A stretch of 40,834 bases of DNA, from assembly GCA_001179505.1 (NCBI GenBank), contig CDMY01000625.1:1-40834 (forward strand). The letters run 5' to 3'. This document shows, one piece after another, positions 11,933 to 23,937 of this stretch. The notes beneath the pieces were generated by a model. It was not told the origin of the DNA and made no database searches. It saw nothing but the letters and a program-made list of their open reading frames with translations. The first letter of the stretch is position 1; every line of letters starts with the position of its first letter. The translations under genes and the position numbers were made by a program. This DNA is from Vitrella brassicaformis CCMP3155. Lineage: Eukaryota > Protista > Chromerida.

Positions 11933-14900
11933 CTACAAGCCCTCCGCTGCCTCCTCCTCCATAGGGACGCCAATCTCAATACCCACCGACTCCTCCTCTC
12001 TCTCCGCCCCCGAATCTGCCGCCTCATCGATGGGCTCACAGCCGTGCTGGCTGTCGCCGGCGTCCGAAGAGTTCTCGGACTCGTTGTCAGCGTCGTATGT
12101 GTGGTTGACCTCGGCCAGGTACTTCTGCCCCTCCTTGTGCAGCGTCGTCAGCCGCTGGGCCTCGGCTGCGATGCTGTCAAGGAGGGCCTTGGCCTCCTCG
12201 GGAGCCGACACGGACTGCAACGCCTCGAGAGTGAACCTGGCCACACACACATGCACAGATACGTGGATGGATACCACAGGTGCGTCTGTGTGGCACTTGG
12301 GTTTGGCGGCCTTGACAAGCTGCTGCTTTTCGTCAGTGAGCCTGCACCAACACACAACACGGCAGGACAACCGGTGACACACATCATGACATGATGTGTG
12401 TCAGTCTGGCCGGCTGGGGCTTCACCCACCCCACCGACCACCGACCCTTACTACTTACTTTTTGCACATGATGTCTTTGTCCTTGACCTGTCGCTCCAGG
12501 CCCCGCCTCGCTAGCTCCGTCCCTCGCAGACGCGACCGCATCATCTCCAAATCCATCACCAACATGCCCACATCATGACCATGGCCACCCACCCCCGGCA
12601 CCCCCACGCCACAGCCCCCACTGACAATGACAGACAGAGCAAAGCAACAGCAGACAGAACGACAGAACGATCAAAGCACATGTCTTGCATCTCTCTCTCT
12701 CTCTCTCGATGCCGCTGTGTGTTTCCTTCCCTTCTCACCTGTACGTCGTCCCTCTGGCCGGTTTGAACTGTGGGCCGCGTCGAGCCGACACGGGCGGCAT
12801 ATGCAGTGGTGTGGGCAGCAGGGCGTTGTGAGGTGGAGGCGGAGGGGGTGGAGGGGGAGGGGGCTGGTACGTGTACGTGTCGATCGTGGGCATCTGGTAG
12901 GGGGGGACGGGAGGGGGGAGGGGGAACATGGACCTCGGGGGCGGGGGGTAAAACATGGGCGTCGTCTCTGAAAAGAATTGGGAATTGGGAGAGAGAGAAG
13001 GGTGGAAGGCAAGCGTGTAGGTGCTTTTTGTGTGTGTGTGTGTGTGTGTGTATTGCGGTGTGTTGTGACCTGGGTAGTTGGGGTAGTTGTTTGTGGGTGT
13101 AGGTTGCGTCATGGCCACCATACTGGGCATACTCATGCCGTAGCCGTCGTACTCATCCATGCGATGGAAACTGCATTATGGATGCCAAAGCGTTCAGTGA
13201 AGAAACAAACGACACATCGCTTCAACGACATCGAGCCAAACAAGTGTTTTGTCTTTCCCCTCACTGGTTATCGTTGCTATGGTCGTGGTCGAATGGCAAG
13301 TGCTTGAGCTCGCTGGGCGCGTGGGCGTCCACACAACTGACGTCGTAACTCGGCTTTGCCTGCATCCACATACCCACACACGCACACAACCTGATGGTGC
13401 GATGGCAGGCTCGATCACGCACCTGCAGTGGCAGGTTGCACAGCGCTGTCTTGCGCAGGTCAGGCTTCTCGCGCAACTCCCCCTGCCCATCTGATACACA
13501 CACACGGACACACCATCACCCCCGCCCACAGATGTCTTGAGGGATGGACGTATCAGCCTGCCGACGGCCGACCGACGTACGTGCGAAGTTGCAGTGGTTG
13601 CCCAACGAACAAATGCCCGACATGTGGAACTTCGTCTTGCGCAGCGCCGCCAACGTGTCCTGACGCACCGGGGGCGGACGCCCGCGCACACCACCACGCA
13701 CGCCCCCCCCCCCTCCCCCTCCCATTCCCCCTGCCATCTCCATGGTTATGCCCACCCCTCCCTTCCCCTGCGGGCCTCTGTTGTGTATGTCATAGTTGGC
13801 CGTGTCTGCGCTGTTTGTGGGGGTGAAGTCGGGGCCGTTCTGTGTGTAGGGGTGCTGCTGCTGCTGCTGGTACTGGTGGTGCTGGTACGGGTACTGCTGG
13901 GTGGTGGTGCTGGTGTGTGTGGGGGTGGGTGTGGGGTTGTAGGGGATGAAGTCGGCTGTCAGCGGCATGGGCTCACGGTAAGTACACGCCTGCAAATGGA
14001 TGGACGGACGGGACCGACGTTAGGCGTGCGAGCGTGTGCGTGTGCGTGTGCGTGGATGGGCGTGCGTGCGTGTACCTGTTTGGTGTCCATCGGATCGCCC
14101 CGCCCCTGCTGCACCGCCACACCGTCGTCCATCCGCACCACAGCAGTGGACTCCTGGGCACCCGGCCCCGCCGAACACAAACTCTTCTCCACCTCTATCC
14201 ACAGATCACGCCTGCACACATCATGACACACAAGACGTATACAAGGGTATACATCTTCTGTGTGTGGGTGTGGGTGTGGTGTGTTGCCGGTCTTGTGTGT
14301 GTACCAGAAGTCGTTGAACAGTTTCTCGTAGTGACTGATGAGCGAAGATGGGTCCATGGAGATGGGCGTGGCCGTCTGGTGGGCCAGCTGCTGCAGCAGG
14401 CCGTGCACCGCCACACACCCACTCGACGAACCAATCCTGCACGCAACCACGCCAAGAGAGATCCATGGTCTTTGTTGTGTCCGCTGCCCTTCTCCTTCCC
14501 AGGCGGCCCTCCCTTACTTTTTGATTTTGTGTATGCATTGCTCGACGTAAGCGTCGCTCAGGCCGAGCTTCATCTGCAAATCCACCAACGTCCTGCACAC
14601 ACACTCATACATACGGATGCCATCCAGCATCGCAGGGGGAGATGGATGGATGATCCATCCATCTCCCTCCCATTCCCTCACCTCACGAGATCTCCCCGCT
14701 TCAACTCCAGGTACAGGTGGTCATGGTCATGGGTGTGGCTGTGCACCGCATCTCTCCCGCTGCCAGAATGCCCTCCCCCCATCCGCAGGCCGCCACAACT
14801 GCCACTGCCGCCCCCCTGCTGCGCATCCAATGGGGTGACGTAGCCCGTCTGGCGACCTGGAGGAACGAAATACGTGCCCAATGCGGGCACGGATTGCTCA

Positions 14901-15028
14901 CCGTTCTGCGCCAACATCACGGTTGTTGGATGCCCAATCCGGCGGTGTAAACGCTTAAACGCTTTTCTGGCCGGCTGGGTTTGCCGCTCTCCCCACTCTT
15001 TTCTGCCAGTGGACTGACTCCTCGTCAC
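11933..15028 (-). CDS. Multi-exon low-complexity protein with a tandem pair of degenerate CCCH zinc fingers and a C-terminal coiled-coil/acidic region
   Basis: Spliced exons at 13640-13270 give LRKTKFHMSGICSLGNHCNFAH|GQGELREKPDLRKTALCNLPLQ|AKPSYDVSCVDAHAPSELK, the KTxxC...FAH..ELR..PDL.KT.LC pattern of alveolate CCCH proteins. Flanked by Q/Y/P-rich, RGG-like and poly-Pro exons. 5' exons and single-gene status uncertain. Confidence 0.7.
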
Positions 15029-15189
15029 TCGTTGGTCACAAATACGTCCCGCCCCATCCTATGCAGATAATATGCATCTCTCCCCGCCAAAACACAAAAC
15101 CAACTCAACCTCTCCTTCACGGGCACACGTCGATGCCCGTCCATCGACACACACACACGTGCAAGCCTGTCTGATGTGTGTCAGGATAT

Positions 15190-16750
15190 CTATCGCCTCT
15201 GCAGTGCTGCGGTGTCTGTGAGTACGTCCCACAGGAGCTCCTCCTCGTCGACCGCACGGCTGTCAGTGATCTTCTTCAGATACACCTGATGGATGGATGG
15301 ATTGACACATCGATGTGACCACGACACACACACACACATGAGGTCGTTCAGTGGGTGTGCGAGTGAGTATGGTGTGCCTGCCTACCATCGACCGCCGCCC
15401 CCAGCTGTACTCCTTCTGCCGCGACGGCGGGAGGTCCTCGACCGAACCCTCCACGAACCCCCTCTCCTTGAACCTGACAACACCCCGCCACCCGACACAG
15501 GGCAGACACACACTCATTCAAGGGGGGTGGTCACACGTTGGCGCGTTCGTTGTGTCTTTTCGTTTGTCACTGGTGGAGGTACCACTGCATTGTGTTTGTG
15601 GAGAGGCAGAAGAGCGTCTTGATCTGCTTCTGCACCGAAAGGCGCTCGATGAACGACAGCATGGACTCCCCCCTGACAGCCACAGACATACGAGACGACA
15701 GAGATGAGGTTCATGGCGATTCGTCTGCTGTGCTGTCCTGTGTGCACTGACTTTCCGATGCGTCGGTATTTGGGATGGATGGCGAGGCACGCCAACTCAC
15801 CGAACCCGTTCCTGCAGCACAGCAACACACGACAGACGCATCAACCACATTCATGAGAGGCCAACAACGGTTGTGCATTTTGTCCGCGCGCCCTTACTCG
15901 AAGAGCCTCAGCTGCGCCACACCGATGATGCCCTCATCCCTGTATCGCGCATCCGAGCGAAGCACCGTATCGCATGCCACTCACTTAGCTGCGCGCTCAT
16001 TATCCTCTCTCTCTCTCCGTGTGTGTGTGTGTGTCCAGTCCCCGTCACCTGATGAGCACATGGTAGGATTCTATCTCCAACTCGATGTCAGCCCGGGTCC
16101 GCTTAGTCAAGATGCCCTCGTCCTGCACACACACACACACACACATCACACGTGCCCTATGAGCCTCCTCCCTTCCTCCCTTCCTCCCTCCGTCCCTCAC
16201 GATGAGCGGCTGGATGAGTTTGAGAATGCCCCTGACGTCCCGCGGCTGTGCGCGTCGGATGCCCTCGTATAGGTCGCGGGAGATGAGCAGGCCCGAGCCG
16301 TCCCGTGTGTAGAGCTCCTGCAGCAGAGCGCCGTCGTAGGCATTCACCAGGTGGGCCCTGTCCACCTCACCCTTGTCCAGCGCCTGACAGGCACATGGTC
16401 ACCCAGCCATGTCGCATGAGAACATGAGAGCGATCTCAGACATGTACTCTCTGCACGTGTGGTGTGATGTGGTGTGGTGTGGATGACGCGTACGTTGACA
16501 CAGAGCTGGCAGTACTTGAGCCCCTTGGTTAGCGCCTGGCCGTCGGAGGTCTTGCAGTCGGCCACGAGAGGGGCACCCAGCAACTCAAGGTCAGGCCTGA
16601 CACAAACACACACACACGCACCTCAGCGTGTCCGTCGTGTGTCTTGCTATCCCACTCACCCGCCGAGAGTGGCTGGGAGGATGTCTGGCGCGCCGAGTGA
16701 CAGCGACACATTGTAATGCTGCAGCAAACCCTTGGCGTCCTCCAACCTAC

Positions 16751-16783
<33 letters not shown>

Positions 16784-17206
16784 TATGCTCCCGAATTGCG
16801 CCTGTCACCAGCAGCCCCTAGATCAGCTGGCTGACCTGAGGCTCTGTATCCTCCTCTCCCTCCCCTGTCGCTGCCCCTCCCGGCCGTCCCTGAACTGGAA
16901 CCCCTCGGTGAGGAAGATGATCTTGGACGCCCGCAGCTCACGAGCTGCCGACACCGCCAGCTGGTCAGACATCGTGTTGAACACGTCACCGCTGGGCGAG
17001 TAACCTGCACTCACAGTGTGTTGAGGGGAGGTAATGACAGGTGTGTCATTTCTCGTTCTGTGTGAGTATGCTGACCGACCGAGAGAGGTGAGGAGGACGA
17101 CTTCCCCCTGGTCGAGGTGCTGTTCGATGGCACGGCTGTCGATCTTGCGCACCTTGCCCGTCTTCTCGAAGTTGATGCCCCAGTTCCGCGGGATACCTGA
17201 TGGATG

Positions 17207-17240
<34 letters not shown>

Positions 17241-18417
17241 TGACTAATGTGGGTGTGAGGTATGCCCACGCCACGTACCAACTGGGTTAGCGGTGTAGAA
17301 TCTGTTGCTGCTGGCGACAGGCACTTGACTGTTGGTCAAGCCTACCCCCCTCGCCAGGTAGCTCTCAACCTCCGTCCGCACATAGCCACCCTGTGTGCCG
17401 CGCCCACGCACACGCACACACACACACACTCTCCACATATGCACCGACACCCACATGCGGCATCGTCTGGCTGCGTGCACAGGCACCTGTTCCTTGACGA
17501 CCCGCAGCGTGTCTTCGTTGGTGATCCTGGTCTCGCCGACGAACTGGACGGGCATGGCCATCTGGCGGAGGCGCGTGTCGACCTGCTCCCGGCACCCGCA
17601 CACCAGCACCAGTTTGACGCCCAAGATCCACAACACACTCAGGTCCTCCATCAACGACGGAAACACTGGACGGTCCAACATGTACCCTGCCCACACCACA
17701 CACAGACAGAGAGGGATCTCGTCACACAGACAGGCAGAGGGCACATTGCTTTCCTTCGTGAAGTTGCCCACCTGGTATATGGACAACGAATATGTGTCCC
17801 CTGTGCGACGCTATGTACGGCGCGCAGCCCCGGAACATGCTCACGAACCCATGCCCATTGCCGCCCTGACCGGCCGGCTGCTGCTGGGCCGACAGCGGCA
17901 CCACATCGAACGGAGGCACCACCTCAATGCACTCCGGAGGGATGGAGAACAAATCGTCGGCCGGCTCGCTCGCCTCGGCCCCCCTCCAGCCGTTCGCATG
18001 ACCCTCAGGCACGTCAGACAGCCTCACCCCCGGCCGCACACATGGTGGCCGGCGGCCTCTGCTGGTGCTGAGGGGTCTTGTGCGGCAGAGGTGGATGAAG
18101 GCGTCCTTCCTTCTGGCAGCTGTGTGCCGTCGCAGCAGGGACTTGGCAAGAGAGGGGCGGGGGACGATGCTCAGAAGGATGATGGACAGAAGGGTGGCAC
18201 TGCCGACTAGCAGCCGACGCAGTCTTGCGAAAGAACCGAGTGGACGGCCATGAGGAGGTCGAGGTAATGCAGCACCGGCGCTTGCCGCATGGGCCATAGG
18301 CTGACCATGTCGTCCACAGGCAGCCGACGGCATGGATCTGCTCACTGCCTCGTCTTGGTGTTCCTCAGCGTCCCTCCATGCATCTCGCTTGTCAAATGCG
18401 AACCTCTCGCCGCTCAT
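15190..18417 (-). CDS. argA: Amino-acid N-acetyltransferase (N-acetylglutamate synthase, AAK + GNAT type) with N-terminal signal/transit-like leader
   Basis: FVSMFRGCAPYIASHRGHIFVVHIPG; LMEDLSVLWILGVKLVLVCG; GEVVLLTSLG|YSPSGDVFN; ELRASKIIFLTEG; HLVNAYDGALLQELYTRDGSGLLISRDLYEGIRRA; GELACLAIHPKYRRIG; FKERGFVEGSVEDLPPSRQKEYSWGRRSMV|YLKKI...RR* (TAG 15190-15192). These match ArgA/plant NAGS motifs. Start codon uncertain. Confidence 0.93.
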
Positions 18418-18789
18418 CGCAGCTCGGTGCCGGGAGAGGGACCGAACGCTGTGTCAGTTGTGTAGTCGTCCACACGAGAGATCTCCGTAGTTAAAAGCGG
18501 CGGTACATGGATCCACCTCTAGTGCATCCGGTGCAGATCTCAGTCGGCTTAGCTCGCAAAACCCTGCAATGGGGCTGAGAGTTGAACAGATTGTCCGCCT
18601 ATCCACGCACATGGGACAGCAGTATGATCGCACTTGCTTGTGTCTTGAAGGCAACAAAAAGATCTCGAGGCCAGATACATGAAAAAGCGAAAAAAGGGGA
18701 AGACTGCCGGTGAAAAAGACGTATACTAAGAAGACCGCACGGCCTAAACAAGCAAAACGGCCTTTCAAACTGCCTTTCAATCTTCGTTC

Positions 18790-20543
18790 TCAGATGGCCA
18801 CCACGACCCAAGCGGCAACCATCAGGCAGCCCACGATGAGGGCCAACCCAATGCCCTTCCCACCCGTCCCCGAGTCATACTGATCTTGGGTGTCCTGTCT
18901 GTCGTCGCCTGAGCGTCGGAAGCACTGCGGGCCGGCCTCCTCGTCCTCCTTCCAGCAGCAGTTGAGCAAGCTGCAGCCATTCTCGTCCACATTGGAGCCC
19001 CCGCAGGGCTGTCTGTCGGCTTCTTCGACAGCGCTGCACAATCCCCTGGGCGTCCCGCCGGGGCTGATGCCTTCGAAGAAGATGGGCGGATCGGAGTTGA
19101 TGGGCTGCCAGGCCGTGTGGATCCGAGGGATTGTCGTGTTGAGCACCTGGCCCTGAAGAGACAGAAAAGAGAGCAGACACACATGATAAGACAGGCACAC
19201 AGGCACACAGACGGACAAGGAGGGAGAGACAGCTCCTCCTACTCAGCCCCCACAGTCACTCAGGTACGTACCTTCAGTGACGTGATGCGCACACTGTAGG
19301 GCGGTTCTATTCTTCTTTGCCCGCCTTTGAGGCCCGTGACTTCTGTCTTGAAGACGAACACCCCAGCCGCCCACTGATCCATGGTCCACCACCTGTCGGA
19401 CCCCTTGTGGTATACCTGTCGGGTAAATAGCGTGCCCAGTTTGCTCGTAAAGTAGTTGATCTTTCTGCTCATGGACGTACCTCAACCTTCCGGGGCGGAA
19501 TGGGCATGTTGCGCACTTGTATCTGCAAGGCAAGAAAAAAAAAAGACATGTAGACGACACGAACGAGCGACTGATTTGTGGTTCTGTCTGTCTTTCTTTC
19601 TTTCTTTCTTTCTTTCTTTGTGTCTCCACTTGCCTACCGACAGGAAGTGCGCATTGTATCCGTTGTTTCCTGTCGAAGTGCCAGGATCAAATGCGAACTG
19701 GACGGGCTGCCCCCCCGAGTCGCCTACCGTACGTACAAAGACGGACACATGGACATTCATCGACAGTATGCGCATCGATCGCTCACAATCAACGGCCACC
19801 CACGTCGCCTGAAACTTGCCGCCTCTGCTCCCATCGGAGACATCAAAGTGGCCGGAATCGCATTCCTAAACACACACGCCGTGCATATTTCTCCTTGCCT
19901 TCCCTCCTCGCGCCTCGATCTCAGCCCACTGAGCAAGAAGCAAAGCACTTACTTATAGGACATTGGTTGTTGGCGAAGACCTTGAATTTCTGATTCTGAG
20001 GCGGAATGTCTGCATGCACCCAGCCAGAATATCCCCTATCGTGCACAGCAAGACGGTCTTCACTCGCCTACCACTCTCTTGGCCACTGCCAGGCGTGCTC
20101 TTGTCGCTCATCCCAATGTTGGTGTGGAGCACCTCGAAGCACATCCCGCATCCTCTGCCGTCGGCGAATACATCGGGAGGAAGCGCAATAGTCCTCCAGA
20201 TCCCATTCGCTGCACCCGAAGTCAGGAAAGCGTCAAGTATCGCCGCACACGGAGGGCTTCCTGACTGACTTACTGCCAGTGGGTGGGTCAGGATGGATCC
20301 TGCATTGCCCTCTGTCGGCGTCGGTGAGGTCCCAGTAGTACGTGAGGGCACCTGAAGCACCCAGTGGCACACATACCAGCCAGCTCATCCATTCACATAC
20401 ATCTGTATGGACAGGGCGTCCTGACCTTCTCGGGGGGTGGAGTACAGATTGAGCAGCGTGTTCCACGCATCACCAGTCACTTCACAAATGAGGCCGAGAG
20501 AGGCCACAAGCAACAACACACAAAACATCATCTTCACAGGCAT
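18790..20543 (-). CDS. Secreted expansin-like protein (DPBB + CBM63-like) fused to a trefoil (P-type) domain and a C-terminal transmembrane helix
   Basis: Exons: MPVKMMFCVLLLVASLGLICEVTG (signal peptide); GALTYYWDLTDADRGQC; IALPPDVFADGRGCGMCFEV; KFKVFANNQCP; ECDSGHFDVS...ATWVAVDC; IQVRNMPIPPRKVE; RWWTMDQ...PPYSVRITSLK|GQVLNTTIP; CSAVEEADRQPCGGSNVDENGCSLLNCCWKEDEEAGPQCF; GIGLALIVGCLMVAAWVVVAI*. One splice junction has a phase problem (see findings). Confidence 0.85.
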
Positions 20544-20547
20544 GCAT

Positions 20548-20573
20548 GGGGGCCGTACCCTCCCCCGGCCCCC
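20548..20573 (+). repeat. Left terminal inverted repeat
   Basis: GGGGGCCGTACCCTCCCCCG-G-CCCCCA. Confidence 0.85.
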
Positions 20574-20702
20574 AATGGGGGACCAGGGGGTCTCGAACCC
20601 GGAATGGGGGAGCCCCCCCAGGGGGGTCGAGACTGGGGGCCTGTGTGGGGGAAGTTGCGAGGATTTACCGGAGTACGTTGCTGAGATGAGCAGCTAGTAG
20701 CA

Positions 20703-23017
20703 ATGGACCAAGAAAGGTCTGCATCTTCGCGGAAATCGCTAAATTCTGAGATAGGGGGGGAAGTAGAAGTCGTCTACTTTAAGCTGAAGGTGCTGAAGGG
20801 TCAGAAAGCTCCCTGGTTTTGCTGTCCATTCTACATCTGTGAGCGCCTGTACTTGCCGTCATGCCCCTTCATGGAGCATCTGCTGGCCGAGAAGGCGGCG
20901 GGGGCGTGGCCGGAGGAGCCGTGGGTGCTCACTGGCAGTGAGGCCTTTTTCGAGCGTTTCGAGATCGATCGACACCAGTGTGCTCACCACCCAGGACGTG
21001 CAGACCCTGTACAACCAGAGGAAGAGAGGCTTCGTAACCTTTCGTGAGCATCAGCACAGAGGGGGGCTGGACACAAAGAGAGCGTCTGTATGTGCTGTTG
21101 CTTACTGTTGCTTATTCAGGCAATATTCAGGCAATGCCGTGACAGATCCCCAGCCATCGGCCAACAACACTGGCCAGCAGACGGTAAGTTCTCGCACTCA
21201 CCATCGAGTTGAAGAGAAACCAAGCCGTCTGCTGTTCCTTCAGCCCACTGGGTCTCCTCCCGGCGACGCGGGCTCTGCTCGCGCAGCGGCTAGGCCCACT
21301 GGGTCTGCCGACGAGGCGGGCTCTGCTCCCGAAGCGGATCAGGGGCAGCAGGTATCACTCCCACATCTCATATCAACAGGGGATCCACACCTGTGTTTTG
21401 AATGGACCATTGACGGATTGGTGTGGTGCGTGTGTGCCTGTTTGCGTTGTGTGGTGCAGGTGGGTCGTGCTGCATCGTACCACACCTCTACGGACCAAGG
21501 GCAGGTAAGTCGACAACACCAAATCCACCCTCACCGAGTGTATGAATCGTCTCTTTGCTGGTCGATGTGGGTGTCGCTTTCAGGGTGGTCGTGACAGCGG
21601 TTTGGCGTCCCCGTCGGCCGTGCCGTCGCCACCAGCACCAGCTCCTGCTGCCGCCGCCGCCGCTGCTTCGTCATCCCAGGACCAACCTGATGTTCCGTAT
21701 GCTCCCATGGTGCGCACGTGCTTGCACAGATCTCCATCCATTGCGTGGTGGATGCGTGTATGTATTGTGTGGGGCCTGTCTGTTGTGGGTCAACAGGAGG
21801 TTTCTCCCTCTCCCTACGAGTCCGAGCAGGTACACAAAACTGACCCCCATCCAGCGGCACACAACCTCACCCATGGTGCTCTCTGCTATGTGTATGTATG
21901 GATGTGTGGCTGTGCAGCGGGACGACAGTGGGTCGGGGCACACGTTGTCGAGTAGTCGCCCGCACCAACAGCAAGACCAGGCCCACCAGGTACGGAACCC
22001 CACATACTCTCCGTTTGTTCCACCTTGTTTGATGGCTGGATTGGTGTGGTGCGTGTGTGCCTGTTTGCGGTGTGTGTTGCAGGTGGGTCGTACTGCATCG
22101 TACCACACCTCTACGGACCAAGGGCAGGTAAGTCAACAACACCAAATCCTCCCTCACCGACTCTATGAATCGTCTCTTTGCTGGTCGATGTGGGTGTCGC
22201 CTTTCAGGGTGGTCGTGACAGCGGTTTGGCGTCCCCGTCGGCCGTGCCGTCGCCACCAGCTCCTGCTGCTGCCGCCGCCGCCGCTGCTTCGTCATCCCAG
22301 GACCAACCTGATGTTCCGTATGCTCCCATGGTGCGCACGTGCTTGCACAGATCTTCCATCCATTGCGTGGTGGATGCGTGTATGTATGTGTGGGGCTTGT
22401 CTGTTGTGGGTCAACAGGAGGTCTCTTCCCCTCTCTACGAGGCCGAGCAGGTACGCGAAACTGACCTCCATCCAGCGGCACACAACCTCACCCATGGTTC
22501 ACTCTGCTATTTGTATGGATGGATGTGTGGCTGTGCAGCGGGACGACATTGGGTCGGGGCACACGTTGTCGAGTAGTCGCCCGCACCAACAGCAAGACCA
22601 GGCCCACCAGGTACGGAACCCCACATACTCTCCGTTTGTTCCACCTTGTTTGATGGCTGGATTGGTGTGGTGCGTGTGTGCCTGTTTGCGGTGTGTGTTG
22701 CAGGTGGGTCGTACTGCATCGTACCACACCTCTACGGACCAAGGGCAGGTAAGTCGACAACACCAAATCCTCCCTCACCGACTCTATGAATCGTCTCTTT
22801 GCTGGTCGATGTGGGTGTCGCCTTTCAGGGTGGTCGTGACAGCGGTTTGGCGTCCCCGTCGGCCGTGCCGTCGCCACCAGCTCCTGCTGCTGCCGCCGCC
22901 GCCGCTGCTTCGTCATCCCAGGACCAACCTGATGTCCCGAACGACAACAAAATCGAAGTGCTTCCCGTTGGCAGCTCCGACGGGGCGACCTCACCGTCAA
23001 TGCGGCATGAGAAGTAG
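20703..23017 (+). CDS. Hypothetical low-complexity protein assembled from tandemly repeated exon cassettes
   Basis: ORF from ATG 20703 (VVYFKLKVLKGQKAPWFCCPFY...), then exons NAVTDPQPSANNTGQQT|PTGSPPGDAGS...QGQQ| and a repeated set of four phase-0 exons, ending QPDVPNDNKIEVLPVGSSDGATSPSMRHEK* at 23017. The first splice junction was not resolved. Confidence 0.6.
21415..22935 (+). repeat. Tandem repeat of a ~622-bp four-exon unit (2 full copies plus a partial third)
   Basis: aggtgggtcgt.ctgcatcgtaccacacctctacggaccaagggcaggtaagtc recurs at 21458, 22081 and 22702 (periods 623 and 621); introns are also near-identical. Confidence 0.92.
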
Positions 23018-23937
23018 TCGGCGGGGCCTCGCCAACCCTCCTGAACGATGAATGTGCCATAGCAAGGAGTTTGTTCCGGCCGCCCTACACTGCGTACAGA
23101 AACCGTTGTGTTGCGAGCCTGCGGAATGCAAAGCGGAAAACTGGCGAGGAATCGCCCACGGCATACATGTCGACAGCAATGAGCATCAAAAGAGACGTCA
23201 ACCAACAAGGGGAACAAAACGCTTCATTTGACATTGCAGAGATATCGCAAGAACACTGCCCGGAATTGGCCCGGAATTCAACCAATGGGAGCGTACAGAA
23301 AGCCTGGCTGCCGTAATTGATGCGCGGCTATGTCACGGGACGGGGAATATATGGGCAGACATATCCTGTGATTATGGGCGGAAGATTCAAAGGATCGTCG
23401 AAGTTTCGACCATGGCACCTGTATTGATTCATCAGTGCAGCCCCAGGAGTCGATCTTTCTGCCTCCTCACCCGTGACTCTGCCGGGAGGCAAGAGATTTT
23501 GGCGGGGGGGGAGGAAAGAGCGGAAACAAGGATTTTTTTCGCTTCTACACAGCAAGAATGGCTGGCAGGGGCATGATTGACGGAGAGTCGATTTCTTTTG
23601 GGTCACGATATTGAATGACAATGAAGGCAGAGACAGGAGACCGTTGGTCTATATGCAGAGAACACCAACAGGGCTACACTGGATGGTTCTTTGCATTGCA
23701 CTGCGAATCGAATTCGCAAGAGAGCAGAATCAAAGGGCAGGCTGGCCTAAGGCAGCAGACACAGGGGAGCTATCTCAATCTATCTGTGTCCAGTGAAAGC
23801 GAAAAATGTCGCAAGAGTCATTGCACTCAGAGATGGTCCATAGAGGTTATCGAGATCAACTTCGAGCGATGCTCGGACGGCTGTGCGCCGAACCGACCAA
23901 GCTATAGCAGCAGTCAGCCGAAGAGTCACGAAGCTAA

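Noticed and set aside
19585-19620. (TTTC)n, (CAATA)n at ~35190, (CACAC)n and the ubiquitous (TG)n/(CA)n tracts
   Set aside because: Ordinary intronic microsatellites found throughout the window; no added structure
21415-22935. Repeat array as CRISPR-like or satellite DNA
   Set aside because: Eukaryotic context, ~622-bp units containing GT-AG introns and exons, and no repeat-spacer structure
23040-23935. Short ORFs (23071-23316, 23328-23621, 23615-23956) as transposase or further RNR remnants
   Set aside because: No DDE, Myb/SANT or RNR motifs recognisable by eye; a TBLASTN/HMM search would be needed to exclude decayed remnants
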